DNA from: an uncultured Candidatus Binatia bacterium | GTDB taxonomy: Bacteria > Desulfobacterota > Binatia > Bin18 | Assembly: GCA_965200965.1 (NCBI GenBank) | Contig: OZ241744.1 | Span: 3,104,001-3,168,000, forward strand | Length of the DNA stretch: 64,000 nucleotides | Direction: 5' to 3' | In this document: piece by piece, positions 1 through 10,389 of the stretch | Position numbering within the stretch: the stretch's first letter is position 1 | Layout of the letters: each line of letters begins with the position of its first letter | Made by a program: the position numbers and the translations under genes | Notes under the pieces: generated by a model | What the model saw: only the letters and a program-made list of their open reading frames with translations | What the model was told of the DNA's origin: nothing | Database searches by the model: none

Positions 1-842
1 GGACCAGCGGCACCACCCGTGGCCGGGACAAACGCGGCCGTCACCTCATCCCCGACCTGCGCTTATATCATGCCGCGGCCCTGACCCATTTTGATCGCTG
101 TGTGCTGCCCGACGGCGGGCGGCTCAGGGTGCTGGCCCTGATCCCATCGCCCAGCGTCCGTCCGGACTCTTCGCTGAGCCAGATGGCGGAATGGATTATC
201 GCCGAGCGTGGGGCAGCCGGCAGCCGGTTTTTTATTGACCACACCGGCATTCAGCTCGAGGCCTTTGCCACCGCCCTGGCCCAGGCCGGGGCCGAGGGCA
301 GCCCGGTGTGTATTCTGGCCATTACCGCGGCCTTGGTGGCCTTCTTCAACTGGTGTACCGGCCAGCAGACAGCTTTCGCCCTGCCCGCCGGCAGCCGCGT
401 CATGGACACCGGCGGCGATAAAGGTCAGCCGCGGCCGCTGTCTCGGAACGGATTTCTGCACGCCTGCTGGAAGTATCTGAAGGTCGCCGGCTACTCGTGT
501 GTCAATGAGTATGGCATGACCGAGATGGCCTCACAGTTTTATGACAATGTGTTGTACAACCGATTTCATCACAGCACCGAGCCGCGCTATAAAATCGGGC
601 CGGCCTGGACCCGCACGCTCGTGGTTGACCCGGACAGCCTCCAGGCAGTCCCGCCGGGCCAGCCCGGCATCCTCCGTCACCTTGACTTGGCCAACTGTGG
701 CTCGGTCATGGCGATTCAGACCGATGATGTCGGCCATCTGACGCGGGCCGGGTTCGAGCTGAGCGGGCGCGCCCCAGGCGCAGAGGCACGCGGGTGCGCC
801 TTGGCCCTGGACGAGTTTCTGGCCGCGCTGGACACGACCTGA
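1..842 (+). CDS. LuxE/PaaK-like acyl-protein synthetase (5' truncated by window edge)
   Basis: Frame open from nt 3, reading TSGTTRG (adenylation P-loop). Also DTGGDKG, NEYGMTE, DLAN..SVMAIQTDD and GAEARGC motifs typical of LuxE-like proteins. Confidence 0.85.
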   Translation, partial: TSGTTRGRDKRGRHLIPDLRLYHAAALTHFDRCVLPDGGRLRVLALIPSPSVRPDSSLSQMAEWIIAERGAAGSRFFIDHTGIQLEAFATALAQAGAEGSPVCILAITAALVAFFNWCTGQQTAFALPAGSRVMDTGGDKGQPRPLSRNGFLHACWKYLKVAGYSCVNEYGMTEMASQFYDNVLYNRFHHSTEPRYKIGPAWTRTLVVDPDSLQAVPPGQPGILRHLDLANCGSVMAIQTDDVGHLTRAGFELSGRAPGAEARGCALALDEFLAALDTT

Positions 843-868
843 TCCGCCGCTGTGGCGTTTGACTGCCT

Positions 869-2155
869 ATGGCCGCCCTCACGCCCGACTCCCTGCGTTC
901 CATTATCGCCGGCCTGCTGAGCGCCCGAGAATGTCACCTCGTCCGGCGTCCGGTTCAGGATATTCTGGCCAGCATCAGCGCGGTTGTGGCTCGCTTTCTT
1001 GACCCCAGTTCAGACGAACGCCAACACGCCGAGGCGCTCCTGCCGGCAGAAAGCGGACTCTCACCGGAGATGGTCCGGCATAGCCTGCCGCTTCTTTTTC
1101 AGGAGTATCAGCCCGAGCGTTTACGCGGTCTTGTGGCCGCTGAACTCGGCGGCGTCCTTGACCGGGTTGAGCGCGGCCTCCGCGCCCGGGGGCCGCGGCT
1201 GATAAGCCACATCCTGGCCGGCAATCTCCCAGGTGCCGGCCAGGACGCCATTGTCTTCTCGCTGCTGGTGAAATCAGCCACCCTGGTAAAAGCCGCCTCC
1301 TCGGGCGGCGGCCTGCAAGGCTTGTTCGCCGGCAGTCTGCGCCAGCACGACCCCGAGCTGGGCAGCTGTCTGGCCGTGGTCACTTGGCCGGGCGGCACTG
1401 TCGAGCTGGAGGATATTGCATTTTCCGAGGCCGGGCTGGTCGTGGCCTCAGGTTCGGACGAAAGTCTGGCGGCGATTCGTCGCCGCGTGTCGGGGCGATT
1501 CATCGGCTACGGCCATAAGCTGAGCCTGAGCCTGCTCACCCACGAAGCCCTCGATCAGGCCCAAGAGGCGGCCGAGCGGACAGCCTACGACATGGCGCTG
1601 TTTGACCAGCACGGCTGCCTGTCCCCCCAGCTGGTCTATGTCGAAGACTACGGCGCGGTCTCACCAAGGGCGTTTGCCGGGCTGTTGGCAGGAGCGCTGG
1701 CAGGCTGGCAGACCCGCCTGCCCCGGGGGCGGATCAGCCCGGCGGCCAGCAGCCAGATACGCCGGGCACGCGACGAAGCCGAATGGCAGGCCCTGGCCGG
1801 CAGGGATATCGTCCTCCACGCCAGCCCAGAGGGAACGGAGTGGACGGTCATCTATGAGGCCGACCCGACCTTTGTCCCCTCACCGCTTTACCGCACGGTC
1901 CGGGTCAAGCCGCTCGCCACATTCGATCAACTCAGCGCACTGCTCGCTCCGTGGCGACCCTATCTCGAAGCGGTTGGAACGGTCGTGCCGAGCGCGGGCC
2001 ACCGCCGCCAGGCGCTGCTTGAGGTCCTGACCGACAGTGGGCTGAGCCGCATCTGTCCGGTCGGCACCATGCAGACGCCGCCACTCGGCTGGCGACACGG
2101 CGGTCGGCCACGGCTGGCCGAGCTGGTGAGCTGGACGGCAATGGATTCGGGCTGA
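869..2155 (+). CDS. LuxC-like acyl-CoA reductase
   Basis: HILAGN, ASGSDE, GYGHKLS and FDQHGCLSP (catalytic Cys) motifs, C-terminal WRHGGRP; directly follows the luxE-like gene. Confidence 0.85.
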   Translation: MAALTPDSLRSIIAGLLSARECHLVRRPVQDILASISAVVARFLDPSSDERQHAEALLPAESGLSPEMVRHSLPLLFQEYQPERLRGLVAAELGGVLDRVERGLRARGPRLISHILAGNLPGAGQDAIVFSLLVKSATLVKAASSGGGLQGLFAGSLRQHDPELGSCLAVVTWPGGTVELEDIAFSEAGLVVASGSDESLAAIRRRVSGRFIGYGHKLSLSLLTHEALDQAQEAAERTAYDMALFDQHGCLSPQLVYVEDYGAVSPRAFAGLLAGALAGWQTRLPRGRISPAASSQIRRARDEAEWQALAGRDIVLHASPEGTEWTVIYEADPTFVPSPLYRTVRVKPLATFDQLSALLAPWRPYLEAVGTVVPSAGHRRQALLEVLTDSGLSRICPVGTMQTPPLGWRHGGRPRLAELVSWTAMDSG

Positions 2156-2206
2156 GGCAGACGCCCCGTTTGCCGGCGACATGGGCCTGACGTATGCTCT
2201 GCCCCT

Positions 2207-3397
2207 ATGAGTGCCCTGCGTGACGATTTCCTGCGTTTTGTGTGTCAAACCTCGCCCGAACCGATGGGCATTGAGGTGGCTTCGGCCCGCGGCTGCGTGG
2301 TGGTGGATGCCCGCGGCCACGAGTATCTGGACTTGCTGTCCGGCATCGGCGTTGCCAGCATCGGCTATGCCCACCCTGCGGTGCTCCGGGCTGTCCAGGA
2401 CCAGGCCGCCCGCTATCTGCATACGATGGTCTACGGCGAATACATCCAGGAGCCCCAGGTACGGCTGGCCCGTCGCTTAGCCGAGATGACGCCTGAGCCG
2501 CTGTCAGTGACCTATTTTACCAACAGCGGGACCGAAGCGGTTGAGGGCGCGCTCAAAACCGCCCGCAAATACACCCGCCGCTCACGCCTGGTCAGTTTTG
2601 TGGGCAGCTTCCACGGTGACACCCTCGGCTCGGTCTCGGTAGGCGGCAATCCCACATACCGCACGCCGTTTGAACCGCTGCTGCCGACGGTGACGTTTTT
2701 GGCCTTTAGCGACAGGCGGGCGCTCGGCGCGATCGACGACAGTGTCGCCGCCGTCATCATCGAGCCGATTCAGGGCGAGGGCGGCGTGCGGATTCCAGAT
2801 GCCGGGTTTCTGCCGGCCCTGCGCCGGCGCTGTTCCGAGGTCGGCGCGGTGCTGATCTTTGACGAAGTCATCACCGGCTTTGGCCGGACGGGAAAAGTCT
2901 TTGCCGCCGAACACTGGCAGGTCGTCCCCGACATCCTGGTGCTGGCCAAAGCCCTGGGCGGCGGTATGCCGCTCGGAGCATTCATGAGCAGGCCGGACAT
3001 CTTGCAAACCCTGTCACGCGATCCGCCTCTGGCCCATGTGACAACTTTCGGCGGCCATCCGGTGTGCTGTGCAGCCGGCTTGGCCGCCCTGGATGTCATG
3101 CTTGCCGACCGGCTTCCCCAGCGGGCCGAGGAAAAGGGGCACGAGTTTATGACCAGACTGCGCGCCCTGCTCGGCCGCGGCGGGCTGACTGGAGTCCGGG
3201 GTCGGGGTCTGCTGATCGGGCTGGACTTTCGCCATCCCGGGGCAAGCCAGCGTTTTGTCAAGCGGTGTTTTGCCGGCGGCTTGGTACTGGGCTGGACGCT
3301 GCACGACGATAGCGTCGTGCGCCTGGCTCCGCCCTTGATTATCTCGTCAGCCGAGATTGATCGGGCGATTGCGATCATGGCTACAGCGCTTGATTAG
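2207..3397 (+). CDS. Class III PLP aminotransferase (acetylornithine/ornithine AT family)
   Basis: NSGTEAVEGA, SFHGDT, FDEVITGFGRTG, LAKALGGG (PLP Lys) and TTFGG motifs. Confidence 0.9.
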   Translation: MSALRDDFLRFVCQTSPEPMGIEVASARGCVVVDARGHEYLDLLSGIGVASIGYAHPAVLRAVQDQAARYLHTMVYGEYIQEPQVRLARRLAEMTPEPLSVTYFTNSGTEAVEGALKTARKYTRRSRLVSFVGSFHGDTLGSVSVGGNPTYRTPFEPLLPTVTFLAFSDRRALGAIDDSVAAVIIEPIQGEGGVRIPDAGFLPALRRRCSEVGAVLIFDEVITGFGRTGKVFAAEHWQVVPDILVLAKALGGGMPLGAFMSRPDILQTLSRDPPLAHVTTFGGHPVCCAAGLAALDVMLADRLPQRAEEKGHEFMTRLRALLGRGGLTGVRGRGLLIGLDFRHPGASQRFVKRCFAGGLVLGWTLHDDSVVRLAPPLIISSAEIDRAIAIMATALD

Positions 3398-3474
3398 ATT
3401 TCTCCTAAAGAGTCCGCTAACAGGCTGTACCGGAGTCTTCTGCATCTTTTAGAAGAGCGCCAGAGTCGCAACCC

Positions 3475-3546
3475 TTACCGATTTGCCCCGTCGTTACCGG
3501 TAGGGGCAATAATCGTCTCGGACGGAGCATCAAGCGATACGCTCAT
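3475..3546 (-). pseudogene. 23-codon stub coupled to the Z1 gene; likely remnant of the PD-(D/E)XK (DUF4420-like) gene
   Basis: TGATG stop/start overlap with Z1, giving MSVSLDAPSETIIAPTGNDGANR*. Identity inferred from the usual gene order only. Confidence 0.3.
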
Positions 3547-5756
3547 CAGCCGCCCTGAGTCGGCTGATCCTGGTTGATCCAGTCACGAGCCAGCCGTGCC
3601 GGGACCCATACAGCAATCACAGGTACAGTCGCTTTGATCACCTTGCTCCCTTGCGTGAGATCAAGCATATGGATTTGAATGGTTACAGTGTCCCGGTCGT
3701 AGATCTCACGATCACCTGGATACACCTTACCGCGCTCCTCACGCGGCTGAACGGGCGCTTCACCCTGAAAGAGATTAGTAATCTCCCCCTTCCTCTTGAT
3801 ACCCCGTTGCCGCTTATTACCACGACTCATCTGGTAGATAGTACAAAGCTCATTGGGGTCGTTTTCCAGCGCGTGTCTGAGTTGAAGAAGCAGGCCAGTA
3901 TTACGCTGTGAATCAGATGTGCCGGTGATTCGCACGCGGACGAGAAGTTGATCAAGCACATCATATAAGCGAACCCCAGCGCAAACCAGATGGCGTTGGA
4001 TGTCGGTGCGATTAGGATGCCCATCGTTATCGACAAACTCCTTCCCGTTCAAGAATGCTTCAACAGCCTCCCGGTTGGCCGAGATGACAGGATCGGGCTC
4101 CATCACAACGCGCGGCGTCACCCAATCGTCCGAGAATCGACCACGCATGTAGTCGAACTCAAGCACATTGTGGCGACAGGGCTGTAATCTGCTATCAAGA
4201 ATGAAGGTTCGCTTCCATTCATTGAGGGGCCGGTTCTCTTGTTGAATAGCCTGCAACTGCCCCCGGATGTCCTCTTCATGCTCTACATAGCTCTGAAGGG
4301 CATTGAGTACGCTTTGCTCAAGATAAAGACGACAATAGCCAAGATACGATCTCTTGTAACCGAAGAACCGGGCGCGCTGCTGCATGGCATCGGCATTACC
4401 CACGCCGATGCCCCTAGGCATATAGGTGACCGTGAGGCCCTCAACGGTGAAGCCACGATCCATGGCCTGTCCACCGACAAGTATCCAGCCATAGGTACTC
4501 TGCCAGTCCACAGACGGAGTAGATCCTGCTCGAGCATTGACCTCTAGGACGCGTGTGTGGAGAAATGCAAGACGCAAACGGGGTACGAGTTTGTCGAAGG
4601 CAGGCAGGTCTGCTCCCGCCGTCTCAGCCAATTCGTCATAGGCTTCACGAAATTCCTCAATCAGTTCCAGTTTGTCGGGATCGGCATCCGGCAGACCGGA
4701 GATGCGCTTCCATTCCTCGAAAATGTTCCGCACCCAGTTGTGGAACTCCTGATGCTGAGCGGTACGGTGAGACGGATGAACCAGCATTGAGCGGTTGCCG
4801 GTATTGCCACTGGTGAGAAGACCGGCTGTAACGCCCACCATGAAAACGCGGAGCGCTCCCATTAGAGATTCAGGGGGCTCGCTCAAAGGATCGGACTGGC
4901 TGGGCACATCCTGTGAAGGAATGACGCGGACATAGCTGGGATTGTCGCCGAAGAAGTCCCTCCCACCTACATAAGTGTCACCGGGCTCAAGAACCTGAAC
5001 GAAGTTAGGGGACAGGGAATCTATGATGCTCACGAGCAACGGTGCTTGGGGCGTCGCAGTATATTGCAGATATGTATGGCTAGGTATTGCCCGCTTGAGT
5101 TCCATCAGACAGCGGTAGGTTGTACTTTTCTGGCCTTGCTCCACCTTTGTGTTCAAGCTGGCCTGATCCGCTTCATCATCAATAATGAGAACGGGGACGT
5201 TCTGCATGTCAAGGTTGCCAATGAGTTGAGCAAGCTTCTGCAAGTACCGGTGATTCTTGAGGACTGTGATGAGAACGGTCTTCCTATATTCCTCGGGTGT
5301 TCCGGGATCCCTCCAGCCCTCCAGCACATTACGAATGTCTTGGAGCGTCGCATGATTGTAAGATGGGTTCTCAAACCGAAGCCAACGCCGTGCACGCGGA
5401 CCGTCAAGCCTCAGATCGCGGCTCAGTCGGTCCGTCGATTGTTTAAGTAAGATCTTAGAGCTGCCAGCGACGATAATAACGATCTGGAAGGTGTTATCGC
5501 GGGCAAGAGCGACGACGGTCTCGAATGACATCGTCTTACCACTTTGAACATATCCGACCACAATCCCCGTTTCCTGACCGCTGGCTGTCGTTGGAGGAAT
5601 ACACTTGGCAAGAATGGAGACGGCGTCATCGAGTACACTTTCGCGGCTCTCTTGCGGGACCACATTCTCCAGAAAGTCCGTAGTTTCCGCCCCCACCGAA
5701 GGCGTCCAACGGTCGCCGCCAATGGGCTTGGCTATGCTATGGGTTTCATCAGCCAT
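3546..5756 (-). CDS. Z1-domain SF2 helicase-like protein
   Basis: GYVQSGKT, IIDDEADQAS, QYTATPQA, RGFTVEGL and MQQRARFFGY motifs. Confidence 0.9.
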   Translation of the reverse strand: MADETHSIAKPIGGDRWTPSVGAETTDFLENVVPQESRESVLDDAVSILAKCIPPTTASGQETGIVVGYVQSGKTMSFETVVALARDNTFQIVIIVAGSSKILLKQSTDRLSRDLRLDGPRARRWLRFENPSYNHATLQDIRNVLEGWRDPGTPEEYRKTVLITVLKNHRYLQKLAQLIGNLDMQNVPVLIIDDEADQASLNTKVEQGQKSTTYRCLMELKRAIPSHTYLQYTATPQAPLLVSIIDSLSPNFVQVLEPGDTYVGGRDFFGDNPSYVRVIPSQDVPSQSDPLSEPPESLMGALRVFMVGVTAGLLTSGNTGNRSMLVHPSHRTAQHQEFHNWVRNIFEEWKRISGLPDADPDKLELIEEFREAYDELAETAGADLPAFDKLVPRLRLAFLHTRVLEVNARAGSTPSVDWQSTYGWILVGGQAMDRGFTVEGLTVTYMPRGIGVGNADAMQQRARFFGYKRSYLGYCRLYLEQSVLNALQSYVEHEEDIRGQLQAIQQENRPLNEWKRTFILDSRLQPCRHNVLEFDYMRGRFSDDWVTPRVVMEPDPVISANREAVEAFLNGKEFVDNDGHPNRTDIQRHLVCAGVRLYDVLDQLLVRVRITGTSDSQRNTGLLLQLRHALENDPNELCTIYQMSRGNKRQRGIKRKGEITNLFQGEAPVQPREERGKVYPGDREIYDRDTVTIQIHMLDLTQGSKVIKATVPVIAVWVPARLARDWINQDQPTQGG

Positions 5757-5772
5757 GAGTGGATATCCTATT

Positions 5773-7302
5773 CTACGGTTCTGAAAGCGCGGCCCTTAGA
5801 ATCTCATTCACGTTGCGCCGAACAGTGCCGGCCTTGCGCACCCCGGAGTCACGTGCAAGCACCTCGGCCAGCGCGAACGCTGCCGCCACCCGAAGCAATC
5901 CTTCGATATTCTCAGTACCGGTTTGCGCAAAGCGCACCATGAACGGATGGGCCATGGAAACGCGGATGCTGAGCCGACGAGGATCGCTGAGAGTCTCAGC
6001 AATATCGCTAGGGGTAATCCATTGGTCTTCAGCCGGGTCATTGGTGAGTTCGACCTTAATTGACCAACCTCTGTCACGAAAACGAATGTCAAACTGCCGT
6101 CCTGCGAGAAGAGATTTCTGCGGTGCTTCCTCCGTCGGTGTATCCACCGGCTCAGCTTCCGCAACGGCTGGCAGAACTTCAGGCAAGTGAGTCTCCATCG
6201 CCTGCGTTGTGTTAGTGACAGCTTGTTGGGCAACTGTCTTGAGTTGCGCGCGGGCTCCGCGGACTCGGTAGCCCTCAGCCTGCTTCAACAGGGGCACATC
6301 TCCGCTATCCAAGTGCTCCCGCAACAACTCCAGAAACGGCTGCTCATTCTCGTCCCACCGGAATCCATCCTTCGTGTGGCTCACCTCAAAGCCGGCAAGG
6401 TGAAGTTCCCCAAAGAGCCGCTGGTAACGGTAGCTGTTGGAACTACCAAAAATATGGGATGGGCGGTATCCCTCATCGCCACTGCCCTGAATCACACGGC
6501 CCCGCCGAAAAAGTGAGAATCCGGCCTTGGTCGTGTTTGCCGTCTTAAGCAGTGCTGCGAAGCCACGGACAGAGAGACCTTCACCGAAATCAAACGCAAT
6601 GTCTTTGCGCCAGACACGATCGATCCCCTCCTTATCCTTGAAGTGCGGGGCTTTCAGAACTTTCGGCTCTCTGTAGGTTAATACCTCGCCCTTGAAGCGC
6701 AATTCGAGACGGTCGTCTCGGATGAAGGCTCGGTAGATATCTGTGAGATGCTCCTTGAGTTTCGCAGTCGTGCGCCCGACAGGGACATGAAAGATGTCCT
6801 CAAGGATGATTTCCGTATAGTGATTTTCAGCCTTCTCCTGAACTTCGCGGATTGTGAGCTCCTTGATATCGTCATTCACGATGTTCTCAATATCAAAATG
6901 AACCTTACGGGCGACCGACTCACCAAGTGCGGAGGTGCGCACGATCCACCGCGGAGCGAACCAGCACGCCGCACTCTTCATGCCCATGCCGAACTCGGCA
7001 AGACCGGAGCGGTCCGGAGGGATGGCGGCCGGCCGAAAGGCCCGTCCATACTCCTGCTCACAGATACCGGCAGCGTTGTCTCGGATAGAGAGGCGGGCTG
7101 GCGAGGCCGTGTCGATGTCAATATCGACACGGAGCTTGATATGCTCGCCGTGAGCCTGTTCCAGCGCCTCCCTATGCTTACCGAAGCTCTCTACGGCGTT
7201 GTCGACAAACTCGCCCAGCGCATACCACGGCTTGTAGTTAAGATGTCGTAACACAGCCAAGACGCTTACGCCGGGCCTGATATCAACTGTTCTCGGTGCC
7301 AA
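5773..7302 (-). CDS. Prokaryotic MORC-family GHKL ATPase
   Basis: EFVDNA, IRDNAAG and [12 protein letters not shown] motifs; YQRLFGEL region; TTG start overlapping the Dcm 3' end. Confidence 0.85.
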   Translation of the reverse strand: MAPRTVDIRPGVSVLAVLRHLNYKPWYALGEFVDNAVESFGKHREALEQAHGEHIKLRVDIDIDTASPARLSIRDNAAGICEQEYGRAFRPAAIPPDRSGLAEFGMGMKSAACWFAPRWIVRTSALGESVARKVHFDIENIVNDDIKELTIREVQEKAENHYTEIILEDIFHVPVGRTTAKLKEHLTDIYRAFIRDDRLELRFKGEVLTYREPKVLKAPHFKDKEGIDRVWRKDIAFDFGEGLSVRGFAALLKTANTTKAGFSLFRRGRVIQGSGDEGYRPSHIFGSSNSYRYQRLFGELHLAGFEVSHTKDGFRWDENEQPFLELLREHLDSGDVPLLKQAEGYRVRGARAQLKTVAQQAVTNTTQAMETHLPEVLPAVAEAEPVDTPTEEAPQKSLLAGRQFDIRFRDRGWSIKVELTNDPAEDQWITPSDIAETLSDPRRLSIRVSMAHPFMVRFAQTGTENIEGLLRVAAAFALAEVLARDSGVRKAGTVRRNVNEILRAALSEP

Positions 7303-8702
7303 TGCTCTTCATTCCCCTTTTCACGGCGCGTTGGTTGTCTCGGCGATAGGCGGAACGTTGTCAGTTGACCAGTGGTCTCATGCTGCCGCGGTATCCCGCC
7401 GTGATGAACTCCCGCCGTGGTCCCCGTGCTATGATCCCTCAAGAGGTGTTGAGCAACCTCCTGCACCACACGCACATTGACCGCGTTCCCAAGGGCCTTG
7501 AATGCAGCGGTCTGCGTTGGCGGAAGTTGGAGGTCTCCCATGCTCTGAAGGCGGCTGCATTCGCGGGTCGTCATGTACCGCCGTTGCGCGGCAATGACGG
7601 GGACCTGACTCGTCGTCATGGCCACAAGGGAGGGGGCCACCGTTGGGCGCTTGACGCGAATGCCGGATGCACGAAACTGAAGAAGAGCGTTCCAGATATT
7701 CCGTGGCTCCCCTTTGCAGTTCCATTCCAATTTCTGAAAGCTCGGCGCGAACTCAAGGATTGAGGGAAGCCACGGGTCGATCCAGGCTTGGTGACGCTGA
7801 TACAGGGTCCGGTTCTTGTGGATGAAGTCCCGCTTCCATTTCGGAAAGCATGGGGCCGGGTTGCGCGCATACGCGGGCAACGCCGCAAGCACCTCCTGCT
7901 GAGAGAGGCCGTGGAGTGGACGGCCAAAGCTCCCCTTGCACGCCCCCATTCTTGCAAGTCCCATCCCGGTTGGTGACGTGTCCCTATACGGATATGTGGC
8001 CCCGAACTCCATGCTCCAGATAGGAAAGGACGGCAACTCCTCATCTGCGGGATATTGATCAAGGAAGTGCTGCCACGCCTGGAGGTAATGCACGAACTGC
8101 TCCGACAGTGGGCGCGCATTCTCGGGATGCTGGTCCAATATGGAGTCCAGAGACAACGTGGACGCGTCGGAGACCACGGGCCAGGAGAACCCGCCCAGTC
8201 CACCGCGACGGCCAACGATAAACACCCGTTCACGAATATGTGGTACATCGAAATGGTGCGGTGACAGGAGCGTATCTCGGACGCTGTAGCCGGCAAGGCG
8301 CAGCCTGTGCTTAATCGTCCGCCACGTTTTTCCCTGGTGGTGTCGCACGAGGTGAGGCACATTCTCGATGAGGAAATACCGCGGCGTGTGGGTCCTGAGA
8401 ATGCGGATGATGTAGCTCATGAGGTCGCCCCATTGGGAGCAGTCAAACCCCTGCTGATTGCCCGCCTTGGAGAAGGGCTGGCAGGGGAAGCCAGCACAGA
8501 GGATGTCGTGATCAGGCAGTGACGGGATATCAAGGGCACGGATATTGCCAAAAGGACGGAGGCCGAAGTTTTTTTCATAGAGGGCGGCAAGACCCTCATC
8601 AACCTCGCACGCAAAGACACAACGGTGTCCGAGGTTTTTGAGCGCAAGATGAAAGCCCCCAAGACCTGCAAACAAATCAATGAAGCGGAGCGGCTGTGCC
8701 AT
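7266..8702 (-). CDS. dcm: DNA (cytosine-5)-methyltransferase
   Basis: Motif [35 protein letters not shown] and X GNAV; long variable region. Start placed at MAQPL. Confidence 0.93.
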   Translation of the reverse strand: MAQPLRFIDLFAGLGGFHLALKNLGHRCVFACEVDEGLAALYEKNFGLRPFGNIRALDIPSLPDHDILCAGFPCQPFSKAGNQQGFDCSQWGDLMSYIIRILRTHTPRYFLIENVPHLVRHHQGKTWRTIKHRLRLAGYSVRDTLLSPHHFDVPHIRERVFIVGRRGGLGGFSWPVVSDASTLSLDSILDQHPENARPLSEQFVHYLQAWQHFLDQYPADEELPSFPIWSMEFGATYPYRDTSPTGMGLARMGACKGSFGRPLHGLSQQEVLAALPAYARNPAPCFPKWKRDFIHKNRTLYQRHQAWIDPWLPSILEFAPSFQKLEWNCKGEPRNIWNALLQFRASGIRVKRPTVAPSLVAMTTSQVPVIAAQRRYMTTRECSRLQSMGDLQLPPTQTAAFKALGNAVNVRVVQEVAQHLLRDHSTGTTAGVHHGGIPRQHETTGQLTTFRLSPRQPTRREKGNEEHWHREQLISGPA

Positions 8703-8803
8703 GTTGTTCTGCGCTACTCCATGGCCAGAGCAGGCGGCACCTCTCTCCATGTTCTCCTTACATCCTATCCACTTGTCAACGGCTGGAGGGCCACCATCTC
8801 TGA

Positions 8804-9244
8804 TCATGACGCAATGCGGCCCCAGGCATTCACCTTGGTGGGGGTAATGCGCACCATCGCGTTGCGGCCAAAGCGCAGGTCCATCGCTCGGTACTGCGGG
8901 TAGCGCTTACGGAGCAAGGCCAGGGCCCGGTCGTACTCGGCCCGGTCCTCAACCAGGGCGGTCGTGCCCCGTACCATCACATACGCCAGCCGGGTCCAGT
9001 CGTCGGCGTAATCGTCAACGACCAGGGCCGCCTGGGGATTCTCCATCATGTTCCGAATGCGCTTGAGCGGTTTGCCCGTGTGGCGCTTGGGCTTGTGGTC
9101 AACCACAAAGTAGAAGTGCTGGCCGTCACAGGCATAGCAAAACGGGATGACGTGCGGCTCGCCGTCCCGACCGGCCGTTGCCAAGCGAGCCACCTGGTGG
9201 GCGTCAAGAAAGCTTCGCACCGGCTCTGGAATCAGATCGGGCAT
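8804..9244 (-). CDS. PPOX-class (F420-dependent-like) oxidoreductase
   Basis: ARLATAG..PHVIP, VDHKPK and [10 protein letters not shown] motifs. Confidence 0.85.
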   Translation of the reverse strand: MPDLIPEPVRSFLDAHQVARLATAGRDGEPHVIPFCYACDGQHFYFVVDHKPKRHTGKPLKRIRNMMENPQAALVVDDYADDWTRLAYVMVRGTTALVEDRAEYDRALALLRKRYPQYRAMDLRFGRNAMVRITPTKVNAWGRIAS

Positions 9245-9247
9245 AGG

Positions 9248-10252
9248 CTAGACCGTGGGGGGATGCCCCTCAAAGGTCTGCCGGGCCTCCCGGTAGAGGG
9301 CCTCGGCCCGGCCCGAGTAGCGGGGCGAAAAGTGAAAGACGACCAATTTCTTGACCCGTGCCGCCCGGGCTAGCAGACCGGCTTGGTGGGCCGTCAGATG
9401 GTAGCGTCGGGCGGCCTGCCCGTGGTCGGCGTCTAGAAAGGGCGACTCACAGAACAACACGTCCGCGCCGTGGGCTAAGTCGGCAATCCGAGCCGCGTTG
9501 TCCGGGCTGTACAGCGTATCAACCACATAGGCGAGCTTGTGGCCCGGACGCTGTTTGACCAAGCGGTCGCGCAGCTCGCCGAGCGCAAAAGCCCGCCCCT
9601 GCCGGCGTCCGTCGTGGCCCCACTCGGCCCGAATGCAAAAATCGTCTGGCCGCTCGGCACGCACCGCGCGTTTCAGTTCAGATAGCCACGGTCCGGGGCC
9701 AAGCCCGAGTTCGGCCAACACCGCGGTATCCACATTCAGGCGCGTTTCTTCCTCCAGGGCAAAGGCCAAGGAGTCGATCCGGTGATCGAGATGCGAGGTC
9801 CGCACGCAAAATCCGGCCTCCTCCACCAGTGTCCCGGTAAACGGCAGCGAAGCCAGCGGCCGCGGCCTGAAACCGGTGGCCGCCTCAAAGCGTGCCCGCG
9901 GCATGGTCTGGCGTCCAACTTCGGTCACCTCAAGGCCAAAATCGCAGCCGTCAATCAGGTTCCAGGTATAGCCCCGGAGTTTTCCGGCCACACAGTCCAG
10001 GATGCCCGGCGGTCCAAACAGTTGGAGGGTCTTCTGCTGGGACAGAAACACCCGCAACAGCCGATCAAAGCCAATGAAGTGATCCATGTGGCAGTGCGAG
10101 ACAAACACATGGCTCAGCCGCAGTATTTCGGCGATTGACAGGGCGTCATTATGGCCAAGGTCACACACTACCGCCCGTCCCTGCACGGGCAGAGAGATAT
10201 ACAGGCCGGGGTCGCCAAACGGCCCATTCACCAGACGCGCGGCAGGGTTCAT
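9248..10252 (-). CDS. rnz: Ribonuclease Z/BN-like metallo-beta-lactamase
   Basis: LVNGPFGDPG, HCHMDH, VVDT, HLTA and FHFSPRY motifs. Confidence 0.8.
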   Translation of the reverse strand: MNPAARLVNGPFGDPGLYISLPVQGRAVVCDLGHNDALSIAEILRLSHVFVSHCHMDHFIGFDRLLRVFLSQQKTLQLFGPPGILDCVAGKLRGYTWNLIDGCDFGLEVTEVGRQTMPRARFEAATGFRPRPLASLPFTGTLVEEAGFCVRTSHLDHRIDSLAFALEEETRLNVDTAVLAELGLGPGPWLSELKRAVRAERPDDFCIRAEWGHDGRRQGRAFALGELRDRLVKQRPGHKLAYVVDTLYSPDNAARIADLAHGADVLFCESPFLDADHGQAARRYHLTAHQAGLLARAARVKKLVVFHFSPRYSGRAEALYREARQTFEGHPPTV

Positions 10253-10389
10253 GACCAGACTATTATCCCGGCTCGCCGCCCCCTTTGCAAGGCGTTCCGG
10301 CACGCTCCAGCCGCGGGGACATTGACAGCCGCGGGCAGGAGCGTTAGCCATGAGGGCAGGCGGACGGTCTGGAGAGGGAGACAGCAGCT

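Noticed and set aside
1-2155. Bioluminescence operon
   Set aside because: No luxA/B/D adjacent; the LLM gene at 56-57 kb is an unlinked F420-type oxidoreductase.
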